DNA of 64,000 bases from Balanoglossus misakiensis (taxonomy: Eukaryota; Animalia; Hemichordata). Location: the NCBI GenBank assembly GCA_040954595.2, contig CM082595.2, positions 1,364,535 through 1,428,534 of the forward strand, in the 5' to 3' direction. The notes under the pieces were generated by a model. That model worked only from the letters and a program-made list of their open reading frames with translations. It did not search any database and was not told the DNA's origin. The number at the start of each line of letters is the position of its first letter. Position 1 is the stretch's first letter. A program made the position numbers and the translations under genes. Of the stretch, positions 1 through 10,025 are shown one piece after another.

Positions 1-1640
1 ACTTTCCAGATTTGGCTGAAGCGATAACTTTGTCAATGTCTCTTGTCATCACTAGGAACTTCTCAAGAATGTCTCCGGTCTTGAAACGGAAGTTATGCAA
101 CAACATCCAGCACAGAATGTTGGAAATCAACACAAAGATGAAATGGAAAGTGAAGAAAATCAACGAATAAACTACTTTGTGTGAACATCCACCGGTGAAA
201 TCCCAGTTGTCACAACCATGATCCTGAAAAAGAATAAATTGGCGATATCAAAAAAAAAGAAGATAATACCATGCGTTATAGAATATGCCTGTTAAAACTG
301 AATTGAAATAAAAGAAGGCATTTGAACTTACCAGTATTTGCAGTAGAATATAAATAGCTAAACCCAGAGACACACCAAGCACAGCGATAGAAAAGATACC
401 ATAGATAATCATGTACCTCTTATGCCTGCAACAAAATCAGGATAATAGTTAACCCTTTTACCACCATGGTTTAGTCAAAATCCATTCTATACATGTATTT
501 TTATTTTGGATAGCTTTGACAAACATTTTGTGATGTAGAGTTCTAGGAGGATGCAGTTTAACCTACCAGAATCCAGAGACACCAACAAATCCAGTGAGAT
601 GTGAGTATGATGGACATTGTGTCACAGCATACAAAAAGAAGACAAATATCCAGGCTGCCGCATACCAGTAGACTGTGAATACAGCCAATAGGGCAGCTAA
701 GAAATGGATGTACATCATACCCTGCAAGATGGACAGACATTAATCACATGGATGGCACGCAAGGTGAGGGTGTCTATTTTAAGCGACATTTACCAAAGTA
801 CTGAATCTTTAATTTTCAGCCAATAATCATGAGAGACTTACCTGAAAATCCATCAGCATATTTTCTCGCCATTTCAACTGGCCAACTTCTTTTTCCAGAG
901 CAAATTTGACATCACTGTTGTATCCAGATCCCATATCAAGACCAATGCCCAAGTTAGACTGAATGTCCAGGAATGACTATATAAAAATGAAATAAAATAA
1001 ATCTTCTAAAATTTGTTGTTGTTCTGTATGTAGAATCAAAACATCTTATAGTTGTTCCTCTCCTTCAAGATCATTAGACAATATCTTTAGCAAAAAACTT
1101 CTTACCTCACTTCTCTTAGCCATAGGAACCATTTTCACAATGGAGTTATCAATGATCTTGTAGTCTTCAATGGTGTATGCGTCTCTCAAATATTGCCCTT
1201 TGTATCTGAATCTGAATTGATGATCGCCTCGACCCAATTCATGTAATATATGTAGCATCTGTGCCCGTACACGGGCTATAGTATCTGTTGCAGTGCATTG
1301 TAGTACAAACGTTTTGAACTGGAAAGACAATCATTGAATCAGCATAAAAATAATTATCACCACGATTGCAGAATTTATTTCATTGCTTGCTTCTTTCTGG
1401 AGATATGCACAGCAGGTATTTCTCAAAAAGCCAAAAGGGCAGACATTTACTTCAAAAAGTGTAGGCGTGATCATCATCATCTAGTCAAAACAACAACAAT
1501 CAACGAGGACGTCGCATTGATAAAAGCTGTATAACCTATGATCACTGCCGTGTCTGAGGCTCAAAATGTGTTCCCAGTAATACTGAGAACCGAGTTCAAA
1601 TACTTACAGGGAAGGCTTTGCTTTCGATGTACAATAACAT
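1..1640 (-). CDS. Uncharacterised protein with an N-terminal ubiquitin-like domain followed by 4 predicted TM helices (3' end outside window)
   Basis: Phase-consistent GT-AG exons on the minus strand: 1640-1608, 1318-1106, 976-842, 721-567, 425-332, 223-<1. The translation begins MLLYIESKAFPFKTFVLQCTATDTIARVRAQMLHILHELGRGDHQFRFRYKGQYLRDAYTIEDYKIIDNSIVKMVP, a ubiquitin-fold pattern (DTI..V, G..L.D..T..DY.I). Hydrophobic segments follow: MMYIHFLAALLAVFTV, YWYAAAWIFVFFLYAV, YMIIYGIFSIAVLGVSLGLAIYILLQIL, VVYSLIFFTFHFIFVLISNILCWMLL. Confidence 0.8.
449..560. mobile_element. Degenerate copy of the TTAA-CCCT (piggyBac-type) MITE
   Basis: TTAACCCTTTTACCACCATGGTTTAGTCAAAATCCATT matches the left end of the copies at 33026, 37530 and 40830; the right end is decayed. 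Confidence 0.5.
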
Positions 1641-1699
1641 CCTGCGTTTAGTGTTGTTTTCCTCTCATACCATGTTCATTTCCTCGATCTAGTACATCT

Positions 1700-1810
1700 G
1701 CTATGTCGCCATTTGTAATATATGCATAGTGTGACGTCATGGTTGCTATGACAATAATCACAGCTACCGCCTGGGGGCGGTATGTATTTGGCGGAAATTT
1801 TGAAATCGAC
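1700..1810. promoter_or_regulatory. Compact bidirectional promoter shared by the UBL-4TM gene and PRDM9
   Basis: Only 336 bp separate the two ATGs (1640 minus, 1977 plus). The region is locally CpG-rich and contains YY1-like CGCCATTT (~1707-1714), a perfect CRE TGACGTCA (1732-1739), X-box-like GTTGCTATGACAAT (1742-1755), GC box GGGGCGG (~1774-1780) and a CDE-CHR arrangement GGCGG-N4-TTTGAA (1790-1804). Confidence 0.7.
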
Positions 1811-1976
1811 CAGACGACAAGTGGACGGGAGAAGAAATTTTTGCGATGCAAGTGAAAAATCATCTTTTTGCGTACTTTAATACTTTTGTTTATAATACCA
1901 CAGTGTTTTCAATACTGAGTGAATATACAATCATTCATGTTATTGTTTTTTTTTACAGTTTCTGAGAAAATACACC

Positions 1977-4900
1977 ATGCCAAAATCCAAGAAGACTGGC
2001 GCTGCAGCTGGCAAGAGCAATTCCGAGTTCGACGTAATACGACCTTACTTTACAGAGAAAGAATGGAATGAAACTTCGGACTATGAGAAGGCAAGACTTC
2101 GAAATATCAAAGAAAATTACGAGATGATGATAGGGGTTGGTAAGGATGGGTTTTTATTTGTTTTAGAGAACTTGCGAATGATTGGATTTCAGAAATGAAC
2201 ATGTTCTGTTGTTCACCAAATACAAAACCATGTAGCTAAAGATTGTCTTGTTTTTTGGTTTGACAATGACGTCTAACACACAAACCAAGGCAAAACGTCG
2301 AATCTGATTTTAAATACACTTAATTTGTGTTAAAATATAGTGCTATCTTATAATTCAGGACTGGTTGTGGAAAAGCCAGAGTTCATGAATGGCCCTCGTG
2401 GTAGAAAACGTAAGCCAAAGATAATAGAAAGTGACAGTGAAGATGAAGAATGGTTTCCTGGATATGATAGAGTCAAAAACAAAAAAGGTAATAATGCATG
2501 TGAGTTTGAAGAAGATCTGGTACGAGAACTTTAAGTATATGAGGCAGAACTTGTTTTTATGAAAAGCTGATTTTTATGAACTCATTATAATCACCAGTGT
2601 AAATATCCTTGTCCATTTTCAGCTCATTTCTCAGCTCCATTGAAACCCCCACCTGAATTGAAAAAGCCAACAGTAAAACCACCCAAGGACATAAAGGTAA
2701 AGTAATTCCCAAACCTTGCACCATGCTAATATACTTACCTGGTATCCTGTTGTATTCTCCTAGATAAGATGCATGAACAGTACAATGTAATTTTGTTGAT
2801 TTTAATTGTAGGAAACGAAAGATAATGGAAATGGTGGTATTTCAGAGAAAAACAAGCAAAAAGGCAGAAAGAAGTGTGCGATGTCACTAAAAGTGAAAGA
2901 GGGTAGGAACTGACATTTCAAGTGTTAATTGTTATTGTTGGTCATGTGTGACTTGACTTTTCTTGTGTCTCAAAACATAAAATATTAACAGAATTGTTTC
3001 AGTCGGGAAATAATTAATTAATATTGTGTTTCACTCAAAATTAATGCCACAGATTGAGTTAGTAATGAAAATTAAAGCAATAATGTTTTTGGAAACTCTT
3101 AGCATTTGTAATGGCATGAGTTTATGAGTTCTGAAAGAGTCCTTATAACTTTCATGATTTGACTCTTGAACTTGCATGATTTTGACAAATTCATACAGAG
3201 CACAAGATATGCTTAATAATTATAATAATAATAATCATTTGCATTAAACATTTTTTTCAGTCAAAAAGACATCAAGTAGATATCCTAAACGACACGTTGA
3301 GAGAAAAAGTTACAGAGAGGCAGAAGTTCCAGATGATGACCACTACATATGTAAGTACATCATGCAAATCTCAAAAAATGTTCAAAGGGGAAAACAGAAA
3401 AAAAATCCTCATTTTTCATGTACGCTTTATATTTAATCACAAGTAGATTTTTTTCACATTCTACATTGGTGCTGTATAATATGTCAGTTTGTTGGTTCTG
3501 ATTAGAAATACAAATTAATCAGTATAACAATTACATGATAATATCCATTTTTTCAGACTGTGAGGACTGTGATGCATTCTTTGAAGGTGATTGTGCAAAA
3601 CATCCTTTCCAAATCATTGAAGATAAACCCATTCCTGAGGGATTTAAAGGAAGTAAGGCCAGAGCCAGTATACCAGATTGTCTGAGTATTGGAAAGTCTG
3701 GAATTAGAAATGCTGGTCTTGGTGTCTGGTCCGAGGAATCCTTACCAAAAGGCGTCAGATTTGGCCCATACAAAGGAGAAGAAGTTGATGTCGAGAAGGG
3801 CTATGACAGTGGATATGCTTGGCAGGTAATATATTTTACGTGAGAATAACTTGCATTGTTCAGCTGTTTCTGATACTTTCTTTGTTTTCATCACAGTCAT
3901 TATATAAAATTATTAAATGTTCAACATGAGCTGTTAAAGTTAAAAAAATTTTGATGTGTAGCTTTACGAAAAACAAGCCCTGCCAATGTACACCAGTGAA
4001 CATTGGAATTTTTTTCTATCAGTATTTGTTTCACAAAGTGTTTTCAGTACAATGTAAACTTTCTGATTGACTGAATTGCATAATAGTACCCAATAATGTC
4101 TTGTCCAATGTACTATGACCTCTCTTCGCTAAATGCATGTAGCAGTTGCTGTAAAAAGGTCTATGGTTTACTACAATCCAGAAACACAAACATTTGACAC
4201 CTATATATTTCAGATTTGTGGTGCTGACAGGAGAAGTGTTTTCATTGATGGAGAAGATGAAAACAAAGGAAACTGGATGAGATTTATAAATTGTGCTCGA
4301 AATGAAATTGAACAAAATCTTGTTGCATTTCAATACCATGGACAAATATTCTACAGAAGTTTCAAAGCTATTCCTAAAAATTGTGAACTACTTGTCTACT
4401 ATGGAGAGGAGTATGCAAAAGATTTAGGAATCAACACTAAGTTTGAAGATACATGTATGAAATTAATGAAAAGTAAGTGTCAAGTTTTATTTTTATTTTA
4501 ATGTAATGAACATTCAATTTTTCAGTTTTCCACTATGGAATAAGGGCATGAAAAAATGATAAATCTTGTTTTGTGTTTGTTTGTAGATGCAGGACTGAAA
4601 TGTCCTGCAGTGTTGGGTGGAAGTGATTGCTCAATGACTTTACAGAGTCGACACCGCTAGATTCTGCCCCATCAAAGCTGTATTTCCATAGATACAGCAG
4701 CATCATATAGTGTATGATGTTTGCATGGAAATGTGATGATCAAGAAGTATTGTTTTTTCACCTAAATGAAACCAGATAAACTAAATATATGTTTCCCCAC
4801 AGATAATACAGAAAATCAGCAAACACATTGTCGAGAGAAGTCACACAGTCATGGTATCAATGGAAAAGATAACTTGTCCATACACCGGCAGACTGACAAC

Positions 4901-5470
4901 AAGTGTGGTAAAGGGTTTATCGAGGCATCACTTTTACACAAACACAAGAGGTTACAAACTGGTGGAAAAAGTCACAAATGTCAGATCTGTGGAAAGTCAT
5001 TTACATGTTCAGGTAACCTACAAAAACACCAACGGATTCATACTGGGGAGAAACCCTTTCTGTGTGAATATTGTCAGAAGGGGTTTACACAGTTAGGTCA
5101 TCTACAAAGACACCAACGGATTCATACTGGTGAAAGACCATATGTTTGCAAGGAATGTCAGAAGAGCTTTACATGCTCAGGTCATCTACAGCAACACCAA
5201 CTTATTCACACTGGTCAAAAGCCATACAAATGTGAATATTGTCAGAAAAGGTTTACATGCTCAGGTAACCTACAACAACACCAACGTATTCACACTGGTC
5301 AAAAGCCATACAAATGTGAATATTGTCAGAAGAGCTTTACAAACTCAAGTCATCTACAAAGCCACCTACGGATTCACACTGGTGAAAAGCCATTCAAATG
5401 CAAGGATTGTCAGAAGAGGTTTACACAGTCGAGTAATCTACGAACACACGAACGCATTCACACTGGCTGA
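1977..5470 (+). CDS. PRDM9: PRDM9 (Meisetz) histone methyltransferase, full length: aKRAB, SSXRD, Zn knuckle, PR/SET, 6 C2H2 zinc fingers (~580 aa)
   Basis: Eight phase-consistent coding exons: 1977-2139, 2359-2487, 2623-2696, 2812-2902, 3261-3350, 3557-3825, 4214-4472, 4803-5470 (1743 nt). KRAB: [47 protein letters not shown]...[15 protein letters not shown]: [24 protein letters not shown]. Knuckle: [19 protein letters not shown]: AGLGVW...FGPYKG...[30 protein letters not shown]...[22 protein letters not shown]-type linked fingers in the last exon. Confidence 0.93.
4973..5467 (+). repeat. 84-bp zinc-finger minisatellite of PRDM9 (6 units)
   Basis: Six 28-aa C2H2 units in one exon. A 45-bp stretch is identical at 5203-5247 and 5287-5331 (84-bp offset). 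Confidence 0.9.
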
Positions 5471-6110
5471 GAAGCAATACATGTGAGCACACGCACTTGA
5501 ATCAAGTTGCGAATTGGTATTTGCACAATATACTGTAGAGAAGACTGTATATCGTGCAAATACCAATTCGTAACATTGATTCAAGTGCGTGTGCTTGTGA
5601 GAGTTGTCAGTACTGCCCTAGTTCAGTCACTGAACAATTGCAAAAGCTGTGAAGATGTTTTTGTTTTGGGCATGATTTGTAAGTTTCAAATGCATTCTAG
5701 TTGATTAATACGATCAAATGCCACGCAGTCTTTTACCGAACCAGTAGTTTCAGAGGTAGGGTCATCACTTTCCCCACAAATTGTGGATCATCATTGTCCC
5801 CTTTGTAATGACCATGGGATCCTATTAACGTTGGGAAACCTGCAGGTATTCTCACAACAGCTATGAGACTATGATAAATGAATGAGACCTTTCTCATCAA
5901 ATGAGAATATGTTCTCCCTCCATTTGCACGATCAGAGAACTAGTCTACTATTACCTGTAACTTGTAACCATTGATATAATATATTGAGTAAGTAATATTT
6001 TTTTCAGTGTTTTATGAATTAAGACATATACACTCTTTTCAGAGAATTTTAATTGTTAATTTATTTGCAGTTCTTTAAAAGCATCTGTAATTTCACAATT
6101 GAAAATTGAA

Positions 6111-6262
6111 ATGTTTCAGAATTTCAAAATCATTGTACATCACTTTGATATTTTAAATGTAGTATTTGGACAGTTTTTTAAATTAATGTTTGAGAATTTA
6201 AAAACAATTGTACATCACTTTGATATTTTACATGTAGTATGTTGACAGTCTTTTTAAATTAA
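6111..6262. repeat. Two-copy ~75-bp tandem duplication between the PRDM9 and DFFB stop codons
   Basis: ATGTTT(C/G)AGAATTT...TTGTACATCACTTTGATATTTTA(A/C)ATGTAGTAT...GACAGT(T/C)TTTT(T)AAATTAA begins at ~6111 and again at ~6186. Confidence 0.75.
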
Positions 6263-6277
6263 CATGAAAACAACTTT

Positions 6278-6654
6278 TCAGGACAATCTTATGTAGAAAT
6301 TTTTGTTATTGCATTGGTACCCAGTATGTGCTTCCTTCTTGTGACAAGCAATATGCACCAATTTCAAATTATTGGTTGTGAATAAAAGTTGATAAAAATA
6401 AACCCAGTTGATGTCTTTTCCCTTTGGAATGTTTTCAACAGCATTGACGATTGATGGTAGTACTTCTCTTGATTTTTCAATTCTGAAAGAGAATGATACA
6501 GTAGTAAATTTCACCTTCTGTAATCTAAACCAAATCTTTAAAGGCTGAAACAAAATTAAAGGAACTGTATTAATAGAAATTCTTGTTTTGAAAAGGCATA
6601 TTGTCTGAATTGCATTAAGTCAGTAAAAGTATGTTAAGTGTAGTCTCTCCCCCC

Positions 6655-6723
<69 letters not shown>

Positions 6724-8902
6724 TCTCTCTCTCTCTCTCTGACTACCACCCAGATACTTACACATGATCTAAATTCCATGTACTAAATAAAATACGTGCT
6801 TCCTTGCTGCTGTATGGATTAATTGTGTGTGTTGATATACACTCATCCACATCATATGAACCTTGGCAAGTGAACCATCCATCTTCATCACACAGAGCCT
6901 CATCACCTGCAGACCTTAAAAAGAAGTTACCATGGAAATCATTGGATTTAAGCTCATCTTGGAAACTTTGGTGAAGTTTTATCAGTTTTCTTTGCGTCTT
7001 GTTTCTGCCTTCTTTTCCAAAGTATTCTTTTGCCTGGAATGAAAAAAAAACAAAAACATTATAATTCAATATTCAAGAATTTCAGCATGCATTCTGCTTC
7101 AAACTGGGAAGAATAAAGAGATGTTAAAATGAGTTTATCAGATTAGACCAAATGTACTTTGAAATATTTTCCGACAAATCCTTCATTTGGCATAAGCGAA
7201 ATATCTTCCCTTGCAGTTTGCTTGATAAATAACTTATTTCCTCATCTGAAAAGGATACATGTAAATAACTTATCGTTTGATCTCACCCCTGAAAGATACT
7301 TTCTCAGTCTTCCCTGAGCTGAATATTTCAGATATTGTTCTTTAGTTTTGAATCGGTTATCAACACCTGCAAAGAGTACAAGGAGATAGGTAATACGGTG
7401 CATAATATGCTCTTACAATATAACATCAGTATATACTTGTATATCAAATCATTAGGGTACAATGATTCAACTAAAATTATATTATACCAGTATATTGATG
7501 GTGTAAATCACGCTATTTGATTGGTCGAGACACGACACGTGACCGTGATATATTAGCCATATACCACAGTCATATATCATAGTTAAAGAAAATGCCTTTT
7601 AAAAATGTTTTATGCAAAGTTTCAATATACTGGCATAATATAATAGCAATAAAACACCCCCAGCCATGGTATACCACTCGATTTTGACCAGTTCAACTCC
7701 ATATACGCACTCGCTATCGCTCGTGCGTATATGTCGTGAACTGGTCAAAATCTCGTGATATACCATGGCTGGGGGTGTTTTATTGCTTAAATAATCTATT
7801 CTATGAACTGTTTGAAAAATACAAAAATGAACCTGAGTTAAGCTGACATGAACATTGTTGTGACTGGCTGTTTCTAAACCCCCTGAACCAGATTTTAATG
7901 CTAATGAGATTTTCTGATCTGGAAGTAAAATTGCCATAAGTCTTCCCTGCAATTGGTGGAAGAAGAGTGAGAGAGAGAGCCATGCAGTATAAAACTAGAA
8001 AAATTACTTTCAAACCATGCTGGATCTTCATCCCTAGTTTCTCCTTCGATGTTTGATTCAAGTTTTCCAACAAATTCTGACATTAAATGGTATTTCTCTC
8101 CAGAATCCATTTCACTGATGAAATCCCGGATTTGGGCAGCAACCTCATTCCGATCAACAGACAACAGAACTTTATCAAATACATCTTGGATCAAAGAAAA
8201 ATCTGTGGAAGAAACTCAGAGCAAAGTAAGTCAGCATTGTACTTTCACATAAAAAAGCGGGTGTAGAAGTGTGTGTGTGTGTGTTGGGGGGGGGGGGGGG
8301 GTTAGGGACCAACTGTTGTTTGTTGATGGAAAGGATAGTTTTGCCAGTGTATCCAAAAGACGTACTACGGGACCTGCTACTTTTTGTTCAGTTTGTCGCT
8401 ACTTACATCCATTCCATGATTCACTTCTGCTCAAAAACACAAAGACAGTGTTGGCTGGCAGTGTTTCAAAATAATCCTCATCGTCAATTTCTGTGCCGTC
8501 TGACTCCAAACAAATGTGACAGGATTTCTCAGCTATCTGAAGTGATGGAAGAGGTCTTATGTTAACGAAGCTTCAATCAAGATTTTTAGTATCTAAAGTG
8601 GTTTATATAGACTATAGTACATGAACATCATGTACATTTCAAGAAGTCATTCCCTCTACCAAACTGAATAATGTCTGATATATGACTTTGCATTACTACA
8701 AAACAGGCACTCCCAATAAAATTTGAGATATTTATTTTATTGATCACTACACGAATATACACCTGTGAGGGATAGACCATCTAGTCATGGATAGACTCAC
8801 TTTAAGTTTTCCACACCCCTTCTTCCTGAGCTCTGCCAAACTGTTAGCGACGATCCCAACTCTTTTTGAGCGGGTGATATTTTGCACCTTAAAAGCAGTC
8901 AT
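6278..8902 (-). CDS. DFFB: DNA fragmentation factor subunit beta (DFF40/CAD, caspase-activated DNase), ~327 aa
   Basis: Exons on the minus strand: 8902-8801, 8536-8407, 8202-8008, 7366-7287, 7033-6762, 6482-6278 (984 nt, phases consistent). CIDE-N domain: MTAFKVQNITRSKRVGIVANSLAELRKKGCGKLK...ICLESDGTEIDDEDYFETLPANTVFVFL. CAD motifs: ETRDEDPAWFE, LCDEDGWFTCQG, HTINPYSSKEARILFSTWNLDHVIEK, WVYFYQLLFTTNNLKLVHIACHKKEAH, with the Zn-binding and catalytic Cys/His residues retained. Confidence 0.93.
6644..6740. repeat. Compound (CT)n(CA)n(CT)n microsatellite in a DFFB intron
   Basis: Dinucleotide runs are directly visible. Confidence 0.95.
7483..7787. mobile_element. Palindromic non-autonomous element (MITE/foldback-like) in a DFFB intron
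   Basis: Arms of ~50 bp: AGCAATAAAACACCCCCAGCCATGGTATACCACTCGATTTTGACCAGTTCA (from 7645) pairs with TGAACTGGTCAAAATCTCGTGATATACCATGGCTGGGGGTGTTTTATTGCT (to 7787). A second inverted pair is TATACCAGTATATTGA (~7483) and TCAATATACTGGCATA (~7622). Confidence 0.7.
8269..8301. repeat. (GT)n plus poly-G run in a DFFB intron
   Basis: Directly visible. Confidence 0.9.
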
Positions 8903-8949
8903 CAACTAAACGGTATCTGATCACGATAAGTCAAATTAATATACTGTTA

Positions 8950-9720
8950 AAAATACACCGATTAATATCTATTGACGATGATTTCCCGGTAAACCAGGTG
9001 TTTTGTGGTCTCGATCATGGACAATCAAACGTCCTTCGTGATGTAAACACGGAAACAGACATGGAAATGAATTGGTGCTGTACAGCGCCCTCATATGGTT
9101 ATATTTTTGGTTTATTTCATTTTCAATATGGCGGGTTTTACGAATATTGCGTTAACGAGCGTGTTCATTCGTTTATGACGAAGAGAATACTCAAAAAGCA
9201 AGGGAATTTTTAAAAATTCACGTTGGACAATGAAGAAATATATACGTCAGTCAGAGTTTAAGAAATTACACCAGGGTATGTACACTTTGCACGAAAAATC
9301 CCAAAATATTGTTTTCTTTTGCCCAGCGACTGTGGTTGTGCGTTACCCACAAACTTTGTTTCTGTTCACACATTTTTAGCTTTGGAAGAAATGTGTTTTA
9401 GGTTTCTTTTGTTCTGGTGCCAATTACTTAGCAGCTTGCTGAAACGTACAATAGCGTTAATTAGGGTTTCAGCGTCTCAAAGAACTTGCAAGGCTGACAA
9501 AATGGTCGATACATGATGCCAATTGTCACTGTTTAACTAATTAGATTCCGACCATTCTCATTGGTCAATTAATTTCCACAGACCTGAAACAGGCAGACTG
9601 CACTCTTGTGATTGGTCAATTACGCTCATACTCTTCCAACAAATGTGCAACCACAGTCGGAATCGCTTACTATTTTCAAACTAGACTATGCCTCGCGCAT
9701 TTCTATTGGTTACTGAGCAG
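8950..9720. promoter_or_regulatory. Probable bidirectional promoter between DFFB and the Sfi1-repeat gene
   Basis: Lies between divergent genes and is CpG-enriched. YY1-like AATATGGCGG at ~9125; CCAAT/ATTGG boxes at ~9519, ~9560, ~9611 and ~9706; candidate plus-strand 5'UTR donor CAGG|GTATGT at 9276. Confidence 0.55.
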
Positions 9721-10025
9721 CCCAAAATAGTCAAATTATAATACAGTAATAATTTAGTGCAAAATATGGAGATTTGATATGGGATGGATATGTACATACA
9801 TTAACATGTACTACTACTTTTTCTTGTTCTGTGAATAAGATGAAATTATTCGATATCTCTATGTAATAAATGCTTTACCCCCCCCCCCCAATTTTATGTG
9901 ACTTTTATCCACATTTTGACAAAAAATGTGGCTCTCAAATCTGTCAAAGGGTTTAAGTTAAATAATATTCAAACATTCTTTTAAACAGATTATTGTATGG
10001 TCTTCAGAATCAAACTTCAGCCAAG

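Noticed and set aside
4851-5486. Overlapping ORFs 4851-5096 and 5130-5486
   Set aside because: These are alternate-frame shadows of the zinc-finger repeat. Only the final EKQYM residues are informative, as a frameshift remnant.
7599-8073. Minus-strand ORFs 7599-7952 and 7801-8073 and an acceptor-like site at ~7947 as an extra DFFB exon
   Set aside because: DFFB homology runs directly from PAWFE(S) at 8008 to VDNRFKTKEQYL at 7366. The intervening sequence is intronic and partly a palindromic repeat.
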